DNA of 64,000 bases, from NCBI GenBank assembly GCA_964291265.2, contig OZ219747.1:3488001-3552000 (forward strand), given 5' to 3'. The notes under the pieces were generated by a model. That model ran no database searches. It was not told the origin of the DNA and worked only from the letters and a program-made list of their open reading frames with translations. This document shows, one piece after another, positions 1 through 10,242 of this stretch (position 1 is the stretch's first letter; each line of letters begins with the position of its first letter). Source of the stretch: Alphaproteobacteria bacterium. GTDB lineage: Bacteria; Pseudomonadota; Alphaproteobacteria; SP197. Both the position numbers and the translations under genes were made by a program.

Positions 1-460
1 AACCGCCGAGACAGCCGTGAGCGGAATCCACCAGATAGCGCAGCTGATGACCGGCCAGAATGGGGGCGCCGAGAAAGTGCTCCCGCGCCATCAGTTCGTT
101 CCAGAGCGCCCGTTCGGCATCCGTGCGCACCAGCAGGATCCGCAGACCCTGGATCGCCGCCACGCTCGCCGGCACATCACGCGGCTTCTCCACCGCCTCG
201 CCGAGCCGGCGGGGCGTTGCCCGACGCCGCTGACCGGAGGGCTCCGGCAAGCCCTCGATCCTGCCCTGCGATGCCAGCTGCTTCAGGGCCACGACACAGC
301 TCGATACCCGCTCGCGTCCCCGTGCGTCCCGCAGGCCGAAGTGCCGGCACACTTCCAGCGCCAGGCGGTTTTGACTACTATCGCCGCTCTCGGTGACGAT
401 CGACTGCAGGCGATCGAGCTGGTCCTCAAGGACGCGTTTGATCGGAATGTGTGCTTCCAT
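1..460 (-). CDS. N-terminus (wHTH/DUF4338 region) of an IS4-family transposase fusion, partial
   Basis: ATG at 460 reads MEAHIPIKRVLEDQLDRLQSIV, matching ORF 27919..28878. Confidence 0.85.
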   Translation of the reverse strand, partial: MEAHIPIKRVLEDQLDRLQSIVTESGDSSQNRLALEVCRHFGLRDARGRERVSSCVVALKQLASQGRIEGLPEPSGQRRRATPRRLGEAVEKPRDVPASVAAIQGLRILLVRTDAERALWNELMAREHFLGAPILAGHQLRYLVDSAHGCLGG

Positions 461-519
461 GCAGGGCAGGGTGCACCATCCGAATCATCATGTTCAGCAC
501 GATTTATGACCCAGGGTAG
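1..519 (-). mobile_element. Left end of a DUF4338-Tn5-like IS4 element, same family as 27859..30295; continues beyond the window start
   Basis: Bases 1-510 are a close reverse-complement match to 27869-28378. Terminal repeat GCACGATTTATGACccagggTAG ends at 519. Confidence 0.85.
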
Positions 520-520
520 A

Positions 521-641
521 GCAAGCGTTCGGTCACTCAGTGACAGGGGGGGCATCATGGACCTGAGCGAATACGGGCGACAAAACCGGGACAATGCGCA
601 GTATGTCACTGTCATGTCCATCTTCGTGACCGAACGCTTGC
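521..641. mobile_element. 121-bp MITE-like element with GTAAG-type ends
   Basis: Perfect 16-bp inverted repeat GCAAGCGTTCGGTCAC/GTGACCGAACGCTTGC. Internal CTGAGCGAAT is shared with copies at 8512, 56634 and 61487. Confidence 0.75.
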
Positions 642-777
642 CGAGTGCCTGCTTGATGATGTGCTGACCGGCCGGAGATGACGGGACGATCGATGCGCCG
701 TGCGGATTGGCCCGGCGTCAACACGGACCCGGCCATCCTCGATCGTCCGGTCCCCGGTGCTCTCGGGCGCGACACGT

Positions 778-1344
778 CAGGGCTTTTCTTTTGTCGTCCC
801 GGCGCTCGGCGCACGCAGGATTCTGGGGGTGGACATCCCGTTTTCGCTGTGGCAGTGTGCCGGCATGACGACGCTTGCGACCCCGGATTCCCCTATCGAC
901 CTTCGCGAGGTGACGGTGCGCCCGACCCGTGGCGCACGTGAGCACCGGCTCTGGGACCGTCTGGTCAAGGAGCATCACTACCTGCGGTTTCACGGCATCA
1001 TCGGCAAGGGCCTGCGCCATGTCGCCCTGCACGGCGAGACCTGGGTGGCGCTGGTCGGCTGGCAGCCGGGCGCGTTCAAGCTTGCTGCACGCGACCGCTG
1101 GATCGGCTGGACTGCGGAGCAGCAGTTCCGACGCCTGCATCTGATCGCGAACAATTCCCGGTTCGTCATTCTTGGCCCGAGAGGGGTGCCGAACCTGGCG
1201 TCCCGCGTGCTCGGCCTGAGCCTTCGGCGGCTGTCCGCCGACATTGAGGCTGCGCACGGATATCCGGTGCTCCTCGCGGAGACGTTCGTCGACATCAAGC
1301 GCTTCGCCGGAACCTGCTATCGCGCGGCGAACTGGCGCTCGCTG
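778..1344 (+). pseudogene. Left end and DUF4338 domain of an ISAs1-like element, truncated and fused in frame to FN3 autotransporter sequence
   Basis: CAGGGC start at 778 (ISAs1-type end), ATG at 865. Motifs EHHYL, RDRWIGW, NNSRF, NLASRVL and LAETFVD..FAGTCYRAANW, then an abrupt switch to FN3 sequence (LTGLEAGTGYSV). Confidence 0.75.
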
Positions 1345-1774
1345 ACCGGCCTGGAGGCCGGCACCGGATACTCGGTCTCTCTTCAAGCGACGCATCCTGC
1401 CAATCCTGCTGCGGTCTGCCCTCCAGGCGGCAGCGCAAAAGCCAGCGGCACGACCCTCGCGGCCGCGATGCCGACCATCACTCTCACCGCCGCGACGGGG
1501 GACGGGCAGGTGACGTTGTCCTGGACCTATACCAACGACGATGGGGAGGCGTATGATCACTGGCGGTACGCGCAGAAGAAAGGCAGCGGAAGCTACAGCT
1601 TTGGCGTGGAGATTCCCGGCGGCAAGACCGTCCGAACGCACACCGTGACAGGTCTGGAAAACGGCGCCGCATACACTTTCAAGGTCTCACGCGGAGTTAC
1701 GAGTCCTCCACCTGCGATGATCCAGTCAACAGCAGATCCTGACTCCAACGAAGTCACCGCCACACCCACGGCGG

Positions 1775-1784
1775 CCCCCCCCCC
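1775..1784 (+). repeat. C10 homopolymer at the frameshift between ORFs 700..1842 and 1812..6224
   Basis: C11 (or C8) restores the frame; C11 reads TATPTAAPPPTTKPAKPTGLSAEAGNG. Confidence 0.8.
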
Positions 1785-4700
1785 ACCACCAAGCCCGCCA
1801 AGCCAACGGGGTTGTCGGCGGAGGCGGGCAACGGGCAGGTGACGCTGAGATGGAACGACCCGGACGACGATTCGATCACGCGGTATCGGGTGCAGCAGAG
1901 GAAGGGCAGCGCCGCCTGGGGCAGTTGGGCCGCGATTCCCGGTTCGGACGCCGACACGGTGAGCTACACGGTGACGGGTCTGACGAACGACAGCGAGTAC
2001 CGCTTCCGCATCCGGGCGCGGAACAGCGGCGGCAACGGCGCCGCGTCGGCGGTGGTGGAGGCGACGCCGTCGGCGTCGGCGGCGGTTCCCAAGCCGGTGC
2101 TGAGCGCCGAAGCGGGTTACGCCAGGGTCACCCTGAGCTGGAGCGCGCTGTCGGGTGTGACGGTTGCGAGCTGGGGCTATCAGTACAAGCCCGCGGGCGG
2201 CAGCTGGATCAGGACCCGGACGGTCACGGGCGCCAGCACGACGAGCACCACGGTGACGGGACTGACGATCGGCACGGAATACACGTTCCGCCTGTTCGCC
2301 GCAGTCGGTTCCGGTGAGCAGTCGTCCTGGTCGGACCATGTGAAGGCGACGCCGACGAATACGGTTCCCAAGCCGGTTCTGACGGCGGCGGGGGGCGATG
2401 CCTCGGTCACCCTGAGCTGGAACGCCTTGACGAGCATTCCGATCACGAGCTGGGGCTATCAGTACAAGAGCACGGCCGGCTGGAACACGACCACGACGCT
2501 CACGGGCGCAAGCAGGACGAGCGTCCGGGTGACGGGTCTGACGAGGGGCACGGACTACACGTTCCGCCTGTTTGCCGCGGTCCGTCCCGGGGAGCAGTCG
2601 TCCTGGTCGGACGAGGTGACGGCGAAGACCGATCCGGCGGCCCCGGTGCTGACGGCGGCGACTTCGACGACGAACGGGCGGATCGACCTGACCTGGACCC
2701 ATGCCGGCGGCTCGAACGAGTTGTCGGATGCGGACGACTATGTGAAAGACGCGGCCAAGTTCCATTGGTGGAGGGCGCAGACCCGGCTGAAGGGTGAGAC
2801 CGTCTGGACGGATCACAGTCTCAACCAGGCGAGTGCCAGACAGAATCCGGGCTCTCGCAACAATCGGCTTCTGCTGAACTATCCCGACGGGGCATCGGTC
2901 GAGGTCCGGGTTCGGGCGACGGGCTATCGCATGGCGGGTGTGGCCGGGGGAACGGGGAACCTTCAGGGTCCCTGGTCGAACGTCCGTACGGTGACCTTCA
3001 AGGACGACGACACGGCGGCTCTCACGCTGACCGGGACGCCGGTGACGGTGGCGCCCGGTTCCACGGCGACCTACACGGTGGCGCTGACGAAGGCCTATGC
3101 GGGGACGCTGCGGGTGACGAGCGACGCCACGGCGGCGGCGCGGGTCAGTCCGGCGAGCCTGACCTTCACCACCACCAACTACAGCACGGCGCGGACGGTG
3201 ACGGTGACCGGGGTGGCGAACGGCACGGCGGTGATCAACCACGCCTTCCGGCTGACGGGAGCTTCTGCGGATGCGATTCCCGACGCGGGCACGGTGGACG
3301 TGACGGTGGCCGATACGCCGGGGGTGACGGTGTCGACGGCGGTTCTGACGGTGGCGGAAGGCGGCAGCAGGACGTACACGATGCGGCTGAACACGCCGCC
3401 GTCATCGGATGTGACGATCACGGTGACGGGCGCGTCGCTGACCTTCACCCGGACCAACTGGAACCAGCCGCAGACGGTGACGGTGAACGCAGGCACGGAC
3501 ACGGACACGACGACGGACGCCGCCGTAACGCTGACCCACAGCGCGTCTGGCGGCGGCTACGCCTCGGTGACCATCGCCTCTGTGGTGGTGAGCGTGGCGG
3601 AGAAGGATGTGGCGCCCGGGAAGCCGGCCGGCCTTGCCGGCGCGGCGGGCAACGCTTCGGTGACGCTGAGCTGGACCGACCCGGACAATCCGACCATCAC
3701 CAAGTGGCAGGTGCGGCGGAAGTCCGGCAGCGACGACTGGGGCGCGTGGGAGGACATTCCCGGCTCCGCTGCGGGCACCACCAGCTACGAGGTGAGCGGT
3801 CTGACGAACGGCATTGCCTACCAGTTCGAGGTGCGCGCGGTGAACGGGGCCGGCAACGGCGCCGGTCCGGATGCGCCGGTGACGGCGACGCCGGCGGCGC
3901 CGGTGGCGCCCGGCGGTGGCGGCGGTGGCGGCGGTGGCGGAGGCGGCACGACGCCCACCGCAGACGCAAGCGTGACGGTGACGCCGACCGCGCTGACGGT
4001 GGCGGAGGGGAGCAGTGCCGTCTACACGGTGGTGCTGGACACCGAGCCCTCGGGCGATGTCACGGTGACGGTGGACGGCGCCTCGGGCGAGGTGACGGTG
4101 GAACCGGCGAGCCTGACCTTCACCACGGCCAACTGGGACACGGCGCAACGGGTGACGGTGCGCGCGGCCCGTGACGAGGACACGACCGACGACACGGCGA
4201 CGCTGACCCATGGTGCGAGCGGCGGCGGCTACGCGTCGGTGACCATCGATTCGGTGGCGGTGACGGTGACGGACACGACGCTCCTGCCGGTGCTGACCCT
4301 GGCGCAGGATCCGGCGGCGGTGACCGAGGGCGAGGCCATCCGCCTCGTGGTGAGCGCCGACCGGGCGCTGACGGGCAGCCTGAGGGTGAGCCTGACCCTG
4401 GCGTCCCGGGACGGCGGCGGCTTCGATGCCGGGGACGTTCCAGGCGGCCTGGGTCCGCGTTCGTTCGATGCGGTGTTCGGCGCCGCGGGGCGGCGAACGG
4501 GCGTGGTGACGATCCCGACGGCGGCCGATGCGGATGCGGAAGGCGCGGAAGCCTACCGCATCACGCTGAACGATGCGGCGGACTACGTGGTGGGGAACGA
4601 CGCCACGGCGCTTGGCGTTCTGCGCGACCGGGCGGCGGGGTCCATGGCAAGGTCGAACCGGGTGAATGCGGCGGTGCTGCCGCACGTGGCGGCGGCGGCG

Positions 4701-5645
4701 ATGTCGCAGACCCTGGGGGCGGTGACGGGTCGCATCGAGGCGGTGGCCTCCGGCGAGGGGGGCGGCACGGTGCAGTTCGGCGCCCTGCCGTCACCGGTGG
4801 AGAACGCGTGGGCGTCGCCGCACCCGGAGGAGCCCGGCCCGAGCATGGCGGAGGTGCTGGACGGCGCCTCCTTCACCCTGGCGGCGGGCGCCGAGGGCGA
4901 GGCCTCCGCGCCGCCGCTGGCCGTGTGGGGCCGGGGCGCGTGGCTGTCGCTGTCGGGTTCGCAAGGCGGCGTGTCGTGGGACGGCGGCCTGTGGTCGGCG
5001 CAGCTGGGGGCGGACGTGCGCCTGCGCCCCGACCTTCTGGCCGGGGCGGCGCTCTCCCATGTGCGGGGCGAGCTGGACACGCAGACGGACCAGGTGAAGG
5101 GCGTTCACGAGACCACGATCACGTCGGTGCATCCCTATGCGGCGTGGTTGCTGGCGGACGGCTCGACCCTGTGGGCGAGCCTCGGCTACGGGACCGGCGA
5201 GGTGCGGATTGCCGAGGAGGGGGCGCCGGTGATGAGCACGGACCTGGCGCAGTGGAGCGCGGCGGCGGGCGCCCGCAGCGTCCTCATCGAGCATGCGGAC
5301 CTCATCGAGGGCGGCATGACGCGCCTTGCGGTCAAGGGCGAGGGCGCGCTGGCGCGCCTGCGCACGGGGTCCGATGACGGCCTGGCGGGGCTGACGGCGA
5401 GGACGACCCGCCTGCGGCTGCTGCTGGAGGGGTCGCACGAGCATGCGCTGGCAAGCGGTGCGACGCTGACCCCGGCCCTGGAGGCGGGGGTGCGCCATGA
5501 CGCGGGCGACGCCGCCGAGGGGGCGGGCCTCGAGGCCGGGGCGAGCGTGACATGGCGGGACCCGGCGGAGGGTCTGACGGCGGAGCTGCGCACGCGGCTC
5601 CTGGCGGCCCAAAGGCATTCGGATAAGTTTTTCCTGCGTTCGGAT

Positions 5646-5687
5646 AAAAAAGTCCCCCGACTTCGGGTTTTTGCCCGAAGCCGGGGG
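5646..5687 (-). terminator. Intrinsic terminator downstream of the IS4 transposase
   Basis: Hairpin CCCCCGACTTCGGG...CCCGAAGCCGGGGG followed by a T6 tract on the minus strand. Confidence 0.65.
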
Positions 5688-5711
5688 CCTGTCTGGCGGC
5701 TGGCGTTGGTG

Positions 5712-7886
5712 TCAGGCGGGTACCCGTTTCTGCCACTTGCTCCTTGGCTGCTTCGACTGCCGCACGTAGCTGCGCCCGGGCCTTTCGCGCTGGATGCAGC
5801 GCGAGAGCCCGGACATGATCCGCCTGACGGACTGGACGACCATGGCGCTCTGTGCGAGGAACATGGCCTCGATCTCCTTGCCGACGAGGCGCAGGCTGTT
5901 GCGGAAGTTGGTGCGCATGGCCGGCAGGTCGTCGCCGTCGTCGATGTCGTTGTCGCAGCGGTTCGCGAACTGGCGGGCGAGGGTGATGAGGACGAAGGCG
6001 GCGTAGAGTTCCTGGCGGACGCCGCGCCTGGACTTGGCGTGGAAGGCCTCGATCAGGAACTTGCCGGTCTTGTACATTTCCTCCACGCCCCAACGAGCAT
6101 GATAGAGATCGGAGAGTGCGGGGACGGGATAGCGGCTGCCGTCGAGCAGGGAGGTCGCGATGTAGTACTCCGTGTCGGCATACCGGTACCTGACGAGGCG
6201 GACGCGCAGGGTCTTCGAGCGTAGCGCGGTCTCGTCCCTGGGGGCGTCGAGGGTGATGGTCCGGTCGTCCTCGCCGGAGGCGATGAAGGCGTCGAACACG
6301 GGGTTGGCGCCTTTCTGGATGCGGAACACGAAGTTGAGTTTGCGCTCCTGATGAGCGAGGGCCATGGCGAAGGAGTAGTAGCCCCGGTCGTAGACGATGA
6401 CATCGCCTTCGGCAGCATGGTCGAGGTGCACGAGGGCGGCTGCCCGCTCGTTCTCGTGGTCGAACAGGTCGAAGTCGATCGGGATGCGGTCATTGAGCCG
6501 GTAGAGTGTGCTGACCATGCCCTGGGGGTAGTGGGCGCCGTCGCTCACACGATAGCCGTACTGTGCGAGTTCCCTGGGCAGGGTGATCTTCGAGCCGTCG
6601 ACGGCGAGAGTCCTGTGACCCTTCCACAGCGTGCACTCGGGACAGTGGGCGAGGATCTCCGCGTGCAGGCGCTTGAACGCGGCCTCGTCGAGCTTCTCCC
6701 GCGCCTCGCAGGCCGTCGATGCCGCTGGAGGCTCCGCCTGCGGCAGCTCGATGCCTGCGGCCTCGCAATGCTCCCAGAGTTCGCTGAGCGTGGTCCCGTA
6801 GCCTTGCCCGCGCGACGCGGCAACGAGGCGGAGCACGAACAGCATGATCAGCAGGCTGTTGAAGACCCGCCGACGTTTCTGCCAGCGCGCGTCCTCGCGT
6901 TCCGCAATCGCAACGGCGGCCGCAACAAGCGCCTCCCAGCGCTTCGAGAACCGCCGGTCGGCGATGGCGGACCGTCCCCGTTCAGCACGCGTCGCAGGCT
7001 TCTTCCTCGCCGCGCCGCTCTCCGAGCGCAGGATCTCGCGAGCACCCCGCTCAAGCGCCAGTACGTAGACCCCTTTGCGCGACTTGCCCCGGCCCGCGGT
7101 ATCACCGATGCGTTGCCAGTTGGCCGCACGGTAGCACGAGGCCTTGAACCGGGTCTCGTCGACGAAGGTCTCGATGAGGACGGGACGCCAGCCGTGAAGA
7201 CGCTCCCAGTCGTCGGCGAGGCGGCGCGTCGCCATGGCCAGGGCCGAGGACGCAAGGTTCTTCGAGACGACCCAGGGAAACACCAGGTACCTTGAATTGA
7301 CCGTCATCAGGTGCCGCTTGCTGTCACGCCTGCGGTTCGTCCAGCCGATCCAGCGGTCCCGGCAGGGAAGTGTCTTCGTTGTCGCCTCGAACAGGATGCA
7401 GCCCAGCTTGCGCCCCTGCCTGTCGGTGACGAAGTAGCGGACATGCGCCCCGTAGGGGCGCTTGTAGCCGAGGTAATGATACCGGTCGACGAAGGCGTTC
7501 CACAGCTGCCGCCCCTCGGTGTCGGTGACGGGCTCGACGCGAAGCGGGCACAGTTCCGACAGCGGCGCCACGATCTCCGGCTGCGGGTCCGAGGCCGAGG
7601 TCCAGGCAGGGGGGCAGGTCATGTCGCGGACGTGGTCCTCGCGCAAGGGCGGCAAGGTCAGGATGCCGCAGCGCTCCAGGGTCTCCAGCATCCCGAGGCA
7701 GGCCCCGACCTTGTAGGCGCCCTTCGCCGTCTTCCAGTGCAGATGCTCGCAGATGGTCTTCGCCAGCTCGTTGCGGCTGTCATGGGGAAACATCTCCACG
7801 GTCTCCTGGGCATCCGCGATCTGCTGGCGGGTCAGGCGGCGGCCCGAGAAGGTGGTCGACGGCAGGGCGACGATTCGCTGGTCCAT
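5712..7886 (-). CDS. DUF4338-IS4 (DDE_Tnp_1-type) transposase fusion, 724 aa, intact
   Basis: N-terminal DUF4338 (YHYLGY, RDRWIGW, IETFVD..RFKASCYRAANW). DDE motifs AVDGSK, VYDRGYYS and LYHARWGVEEMYK (YREK signature). Confidence 0.9.
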   Translation of the reverse strand: MDQRIVALPSTTFSGRRLTRQQIADAQETVEMFPHDSRNELAKTICEHLHWKTAKGAYKVGACLGMLETLERCGILTLPPLREDHVRDMTCPPAWTSASDPQPEIVAPLSELCPLRVEPVTDTEGRQLWNAFVDRYHYLGYKRPYGAHVRYFVTDRQGRKLGCILFEATTKTLPCRDRWIGWTNRRRDSKRHLMTVNSRYLVFPWVVSKNLASSALAMATRRLADDWERLHGWRPVLIETFVDETRFKASCYRAANWQRIGDTAGRGKSRKGVYVLALERGAREILRSESGAARKKPATRAERGRSAIADRRFSKRWEALVAAAVAIAEREDARWQKRRRVFNSLLIMLFVLRLVAASRGQGYGTTLSELWEHCEAAGIELPQAEPPAASTACEAREKLDEAAFKRLHAEILAHCPECTLWKGHRTLAVDGSKITLPRELAQYGYRVSDGAHYPQGMVSTLYRLNDRIPIDFDLFDHENERAAALVHLDHAAEGDVIVYDRGYYSFAMALAHQERKLNFVFRIQKGANPVFDAFIASGEDDRTITLDAPRDETALRSKTLRVRLVRYRYADTEYYIATSLLDGSRYPVPALSDLYHARWGVEEMYKTGKFLIEAFHAKSRRGVRQELYAAFVLITLARQFANRCDNDIDDGDDLPAMRTNFRNSLRLVGKEIEAMFLAQSAMVVQSVRRIMSGLSRCIQRERPGRSYVRQSKQPRSKWQKRVPA

Positions 7887-8511
7887 GAGTGCTTCCGCAT
7901 CACCGATTCGGGGACATCTTGCAAATCAGCGAATGCTTGTCAAGCAATGCGTGTGGAAAAACGTCCGAGAAAAGTAAAGTCCTTTATGTCAATGGGTTGA
8001 CGGCGTAGGACAAGCCGCCGTTACATCGGCAGACATGCCCGAATACCATTGCCTGGCGGCCCACGAGGCGGACCGTGACGAGTGGGGTGTGAGCGCCCTG
8101 GTGCGCCTCGACCCCGGGGCCGACGGGCTTGGGACCTTCCTTGCCTTCGGTCCCGCGCACGGGCGCACCGAGAGCGATCTGGGGGAACTGTTCGACCACG
8201 GCCTGCCCGCGGCCGTCTCCGACACGACATCGGCAGAGGGCCGCCTGGAGGCGGAGGTGGGCCACGGCTTCGGCCTTGCCGGTCCGGGGCCTCTCGCGGT
8301 GCTCACCCCCTGGGCCGGGATGAGCCTGGCGGAGACAGGCGGGCGCACCCTGCGGCTCGGCGCCCGCTACCGCATGGGCGCGGGACTCTCCCTCGGCCTC
8401 GAGGGCGCGCACCGGCCGGGCCCGGTCAGCGAAGACAGCCTCATGCTGCGCGGCGCCCTCAACTGGTAGGAGAGGCGCGTTAAGGTCTTCAACACGGCGC
8501 TCATCCGAAGT

Positions 8512-8589
8512 GTGAGCATTCGGTCAGAGGGTGGCGATTATTCGCTCAGTGCTGTCATCGTCCCCATCACCGGGTGACCGAACGCTTAC
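8512..8589. mobile_element. 78-bp MITE, same family as 521..641, in opposite orientation
   Basis: Ends GTGAGCATTCGGTCA / TGACCGAACGCTTAC. An internal 34 bp is a close reverse-complement match to the interior of the 56634 copy. Confidence 0.7.
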
Positions 8590-8615
8590 CGCCGTGAAGG
8601 CACGTCGGCTCTCGT

Positions 8616-9800
8616 TCACCCGGCCTTGAAGTGCTTGGAAAGCGCGAGCGACTGGCCCTGGTAGTGGCTTCCGAGATCGGCGCCGTAGAGGATCGATGGA
8701 CGCTCTGTCAGGCGTTCGAAGGCAAGACGTCCCATCGTCTGGCCGTGCTCGAGGAGGAAGGGGACCTCATGACTGCGAACCTCGAGGACGGCCTTGGCCC
8801 CGGCACCACCGCTCTCGCTCCAGCCAAAGCCGGGATCGAAGAACCCCGCATAGTGCACCCGGAACTCGCCCACGAGCGTGTCGTAGGCTGCCATCTCGGC
8901 CGCATGGTCGGGCGGAACCCTCACCCGTTCCCGGGTGGCGAGGATGTGAAACTCGTCGGGATCGAGGATCAGGCTGGACGCGGCGCAAATGGGCTCCCAG
9001 AACTGCGCCGCCTCGAGTTCTCCCCTGCCGTCGACATCGACAACCCCGGTGTTGCGCCTGGCGCGATATCCGACGAGGGAGCCGGGCCCCGAACCCTCGA
9101 GATCCAGGGTCAGGGCCACCGTGTTGCCGCGAATCGATGCATCCGGGGTGTCGACAAGACGTTGCTCGTCGTGAAGCTGGCGAAGCCTTTCCTCGCCAAG
9201 GGGCGGGCTGCCTCGCCGGAATCTGATCTGTGCGAGGCGGGACCCGCGGCGCACCAGAACGGAGAAGGTGCGGGGCGAAACCTCTGCATAGAGGCGACCC
9301 TTGTAGCCTGGCGCCACCCTGTCGAACTCCGTCGCGTAGTCCGTGATGACCCGCGTGAAGACGTCGACCCGGCCGATCGAGCTCTTCGGATTGAGAAGGC
9401 CGGAGATTTCGTGCTGCGCCTTCAGACGCAGGCTCTCCTGGAGCGGAATGATGTAGACGCAGCCCCGTTCGAGAACGGCACCTCGGGCGAGATCGATTTC
9501 GTGCATGATACCCGCGGTTCCCGCGAGCTTGTCCTCGACGGTCGAACGCGGCCCCGGCAGGAACGAGGAACGCACTCGCCATGCCACGTCGCTCAGCCTG
9601 AGGTCCAGACTCGCCGGTTGCAGCTGACCGTCCACAAGAGGGGTACCCGGATCGATTGTCGAACCGACCAGCCCCGCCAGATGCTGATAGGGCAGCACGC
9701 CGGTCGTGAATTGCGCTCCGGTCGTGACAGTGCTTTCCGGAAAGACATGAGGCAGCCTTGGAGCGGATGTCCAGCCCTGCCCGCCCTTGGAACTGGTCAT
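8616..9800 (-). CDS. dcd: 2'-deoxycytidine 5'-triphosphate deaminase (alphaproteobacterial two-domain type)
   Basis: Motifs QPASLDLRL, NPKSSIGRVDVFTRVI, GEFRVHYAGFFDPGFG and YQGQSLALSKHF; start uncertain. Confidence 0.85.
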   Translation of the reverse strand: MTSSKGGQGWTSAPRLPHVFPESTVTTGAQFTTGVLPYQHLAGLVGSTIDPGTPLVDGQLQPASLDLRLSDVAWRVRSSFLPGPRSTVEDKLAGTAGIMHEIDLARGAVLERGCVYIIPLQESLRLKAQHEISGLLNPKSSIGRVDVFTRVITDYATEFDRVAPGYKGRLYAEVSPRTFSVLVRRGSRLAQIRFRRGSPPLGEERLRQLHDEQRLVDTPDASIRGNTVALTLDLEGSGPGSLVGYRARRNTGVVDVDGRGELEAAQFWEPICAASSLILDPDEFHILATRERVRVPPDHAAEMAAYDTLVGEFRVHYAGFFDPGFGWSESGGAGAKAVLEVRSHEVPFLLEHGQTMGRLAFERLTERPSILYGADLGSHYQGQSLALSKHFKAG

Positions 9801-10242
9801 GAAACTCCCGAGGTCATCAGCCGGAAGTCTATCATCCCATCTCCACAGGTCATCCCCGGGTGGGGAAAGAAGGGCTCGCGGACAGCACATGCGGGCTCTG
9901 GGTTGCGAGACCTTCAACCGCAGCGCCACCTGGTCGAACCTCCCGGTGCCTTGTCATGCCGGATCGTTGCTTGCGTGGTACCCGCCAAGGTGGGAACAAG
10001 AGGAGCCGGAATGCTCCCGAGGCTTAAGTCGCAACACTCCCGCGGGCGCCAGGGCCCGGAGTGAACCTGGCTGCGGCTCCGGCGGCCACCTAAGCTGGCA
10101 GGGTCCGACGCGCGTGACAATCCCCTCTGGAAAGGGATGCCCTGCAAAGGGCCGCGGCCCCGCGGCGATGGGGTGCCGGGACGGTGCATGTCGTTGCCAT
10201 GAGCGCACTTGCGGGTTCGGCTGGCAAGGGTGAGACTGCGCC

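Larger units (their letters stand above)
5610..8051 (-). mobile_element. IS4-family element (2442 bp) with a DUF4338-transposase fusion
   Basis: TIRs CAAAGGCATTCGG / CCGAATACCATTG; 10-bp TSD CCTGGCGGCC at 5600-5609 and 8052-8061. Confidence 0.92.
1345..8469 (+). pseudogene. Fibronectin type III repeat autotransporter/adhesin; 5'-truncated, frameshifted at C10 (1775-1784) and interrupted by an IS (5610-8051)
   Basis: Repeated FN3 motifs (GDGQVTLSW...VTGLTNG..Y.F.VRA), Thr/Val-rich Ig-like repeats, a Gly tract and a beta-barrel region. Removing the IS rejoins RLLAA|HEADRDEWG in frame, ending LRGALNW (C-terminal aromatic residue). Confidence 0.85.

Noticed and set aside
684-748. 10-bp inverted repeat GGACGATCGA/TCGATCGTCC
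   Set aside because: A single short occurrence in GC-rich DNA with no supporting copies.
2085-2630. Near-duplicate segments as a DGR template/variable pair
   Set aside because: They are tandem FN3 domains, the differences are not adenine-specific and no reverse transcriptase is present.
3913-3947. GGC/GGT repeat as a phase-variable tract
   Set aside because: An in-frame triplet repeat encoding a Gly linker; length changes would not switch the frame.
5610-6224. C-terminal ~200 aa of the 1470-aa ORF as a real domain
   Set aside because: It is read-through into the antisense strand of the inserted IS4; the true C-terminus is at 8062-8469.
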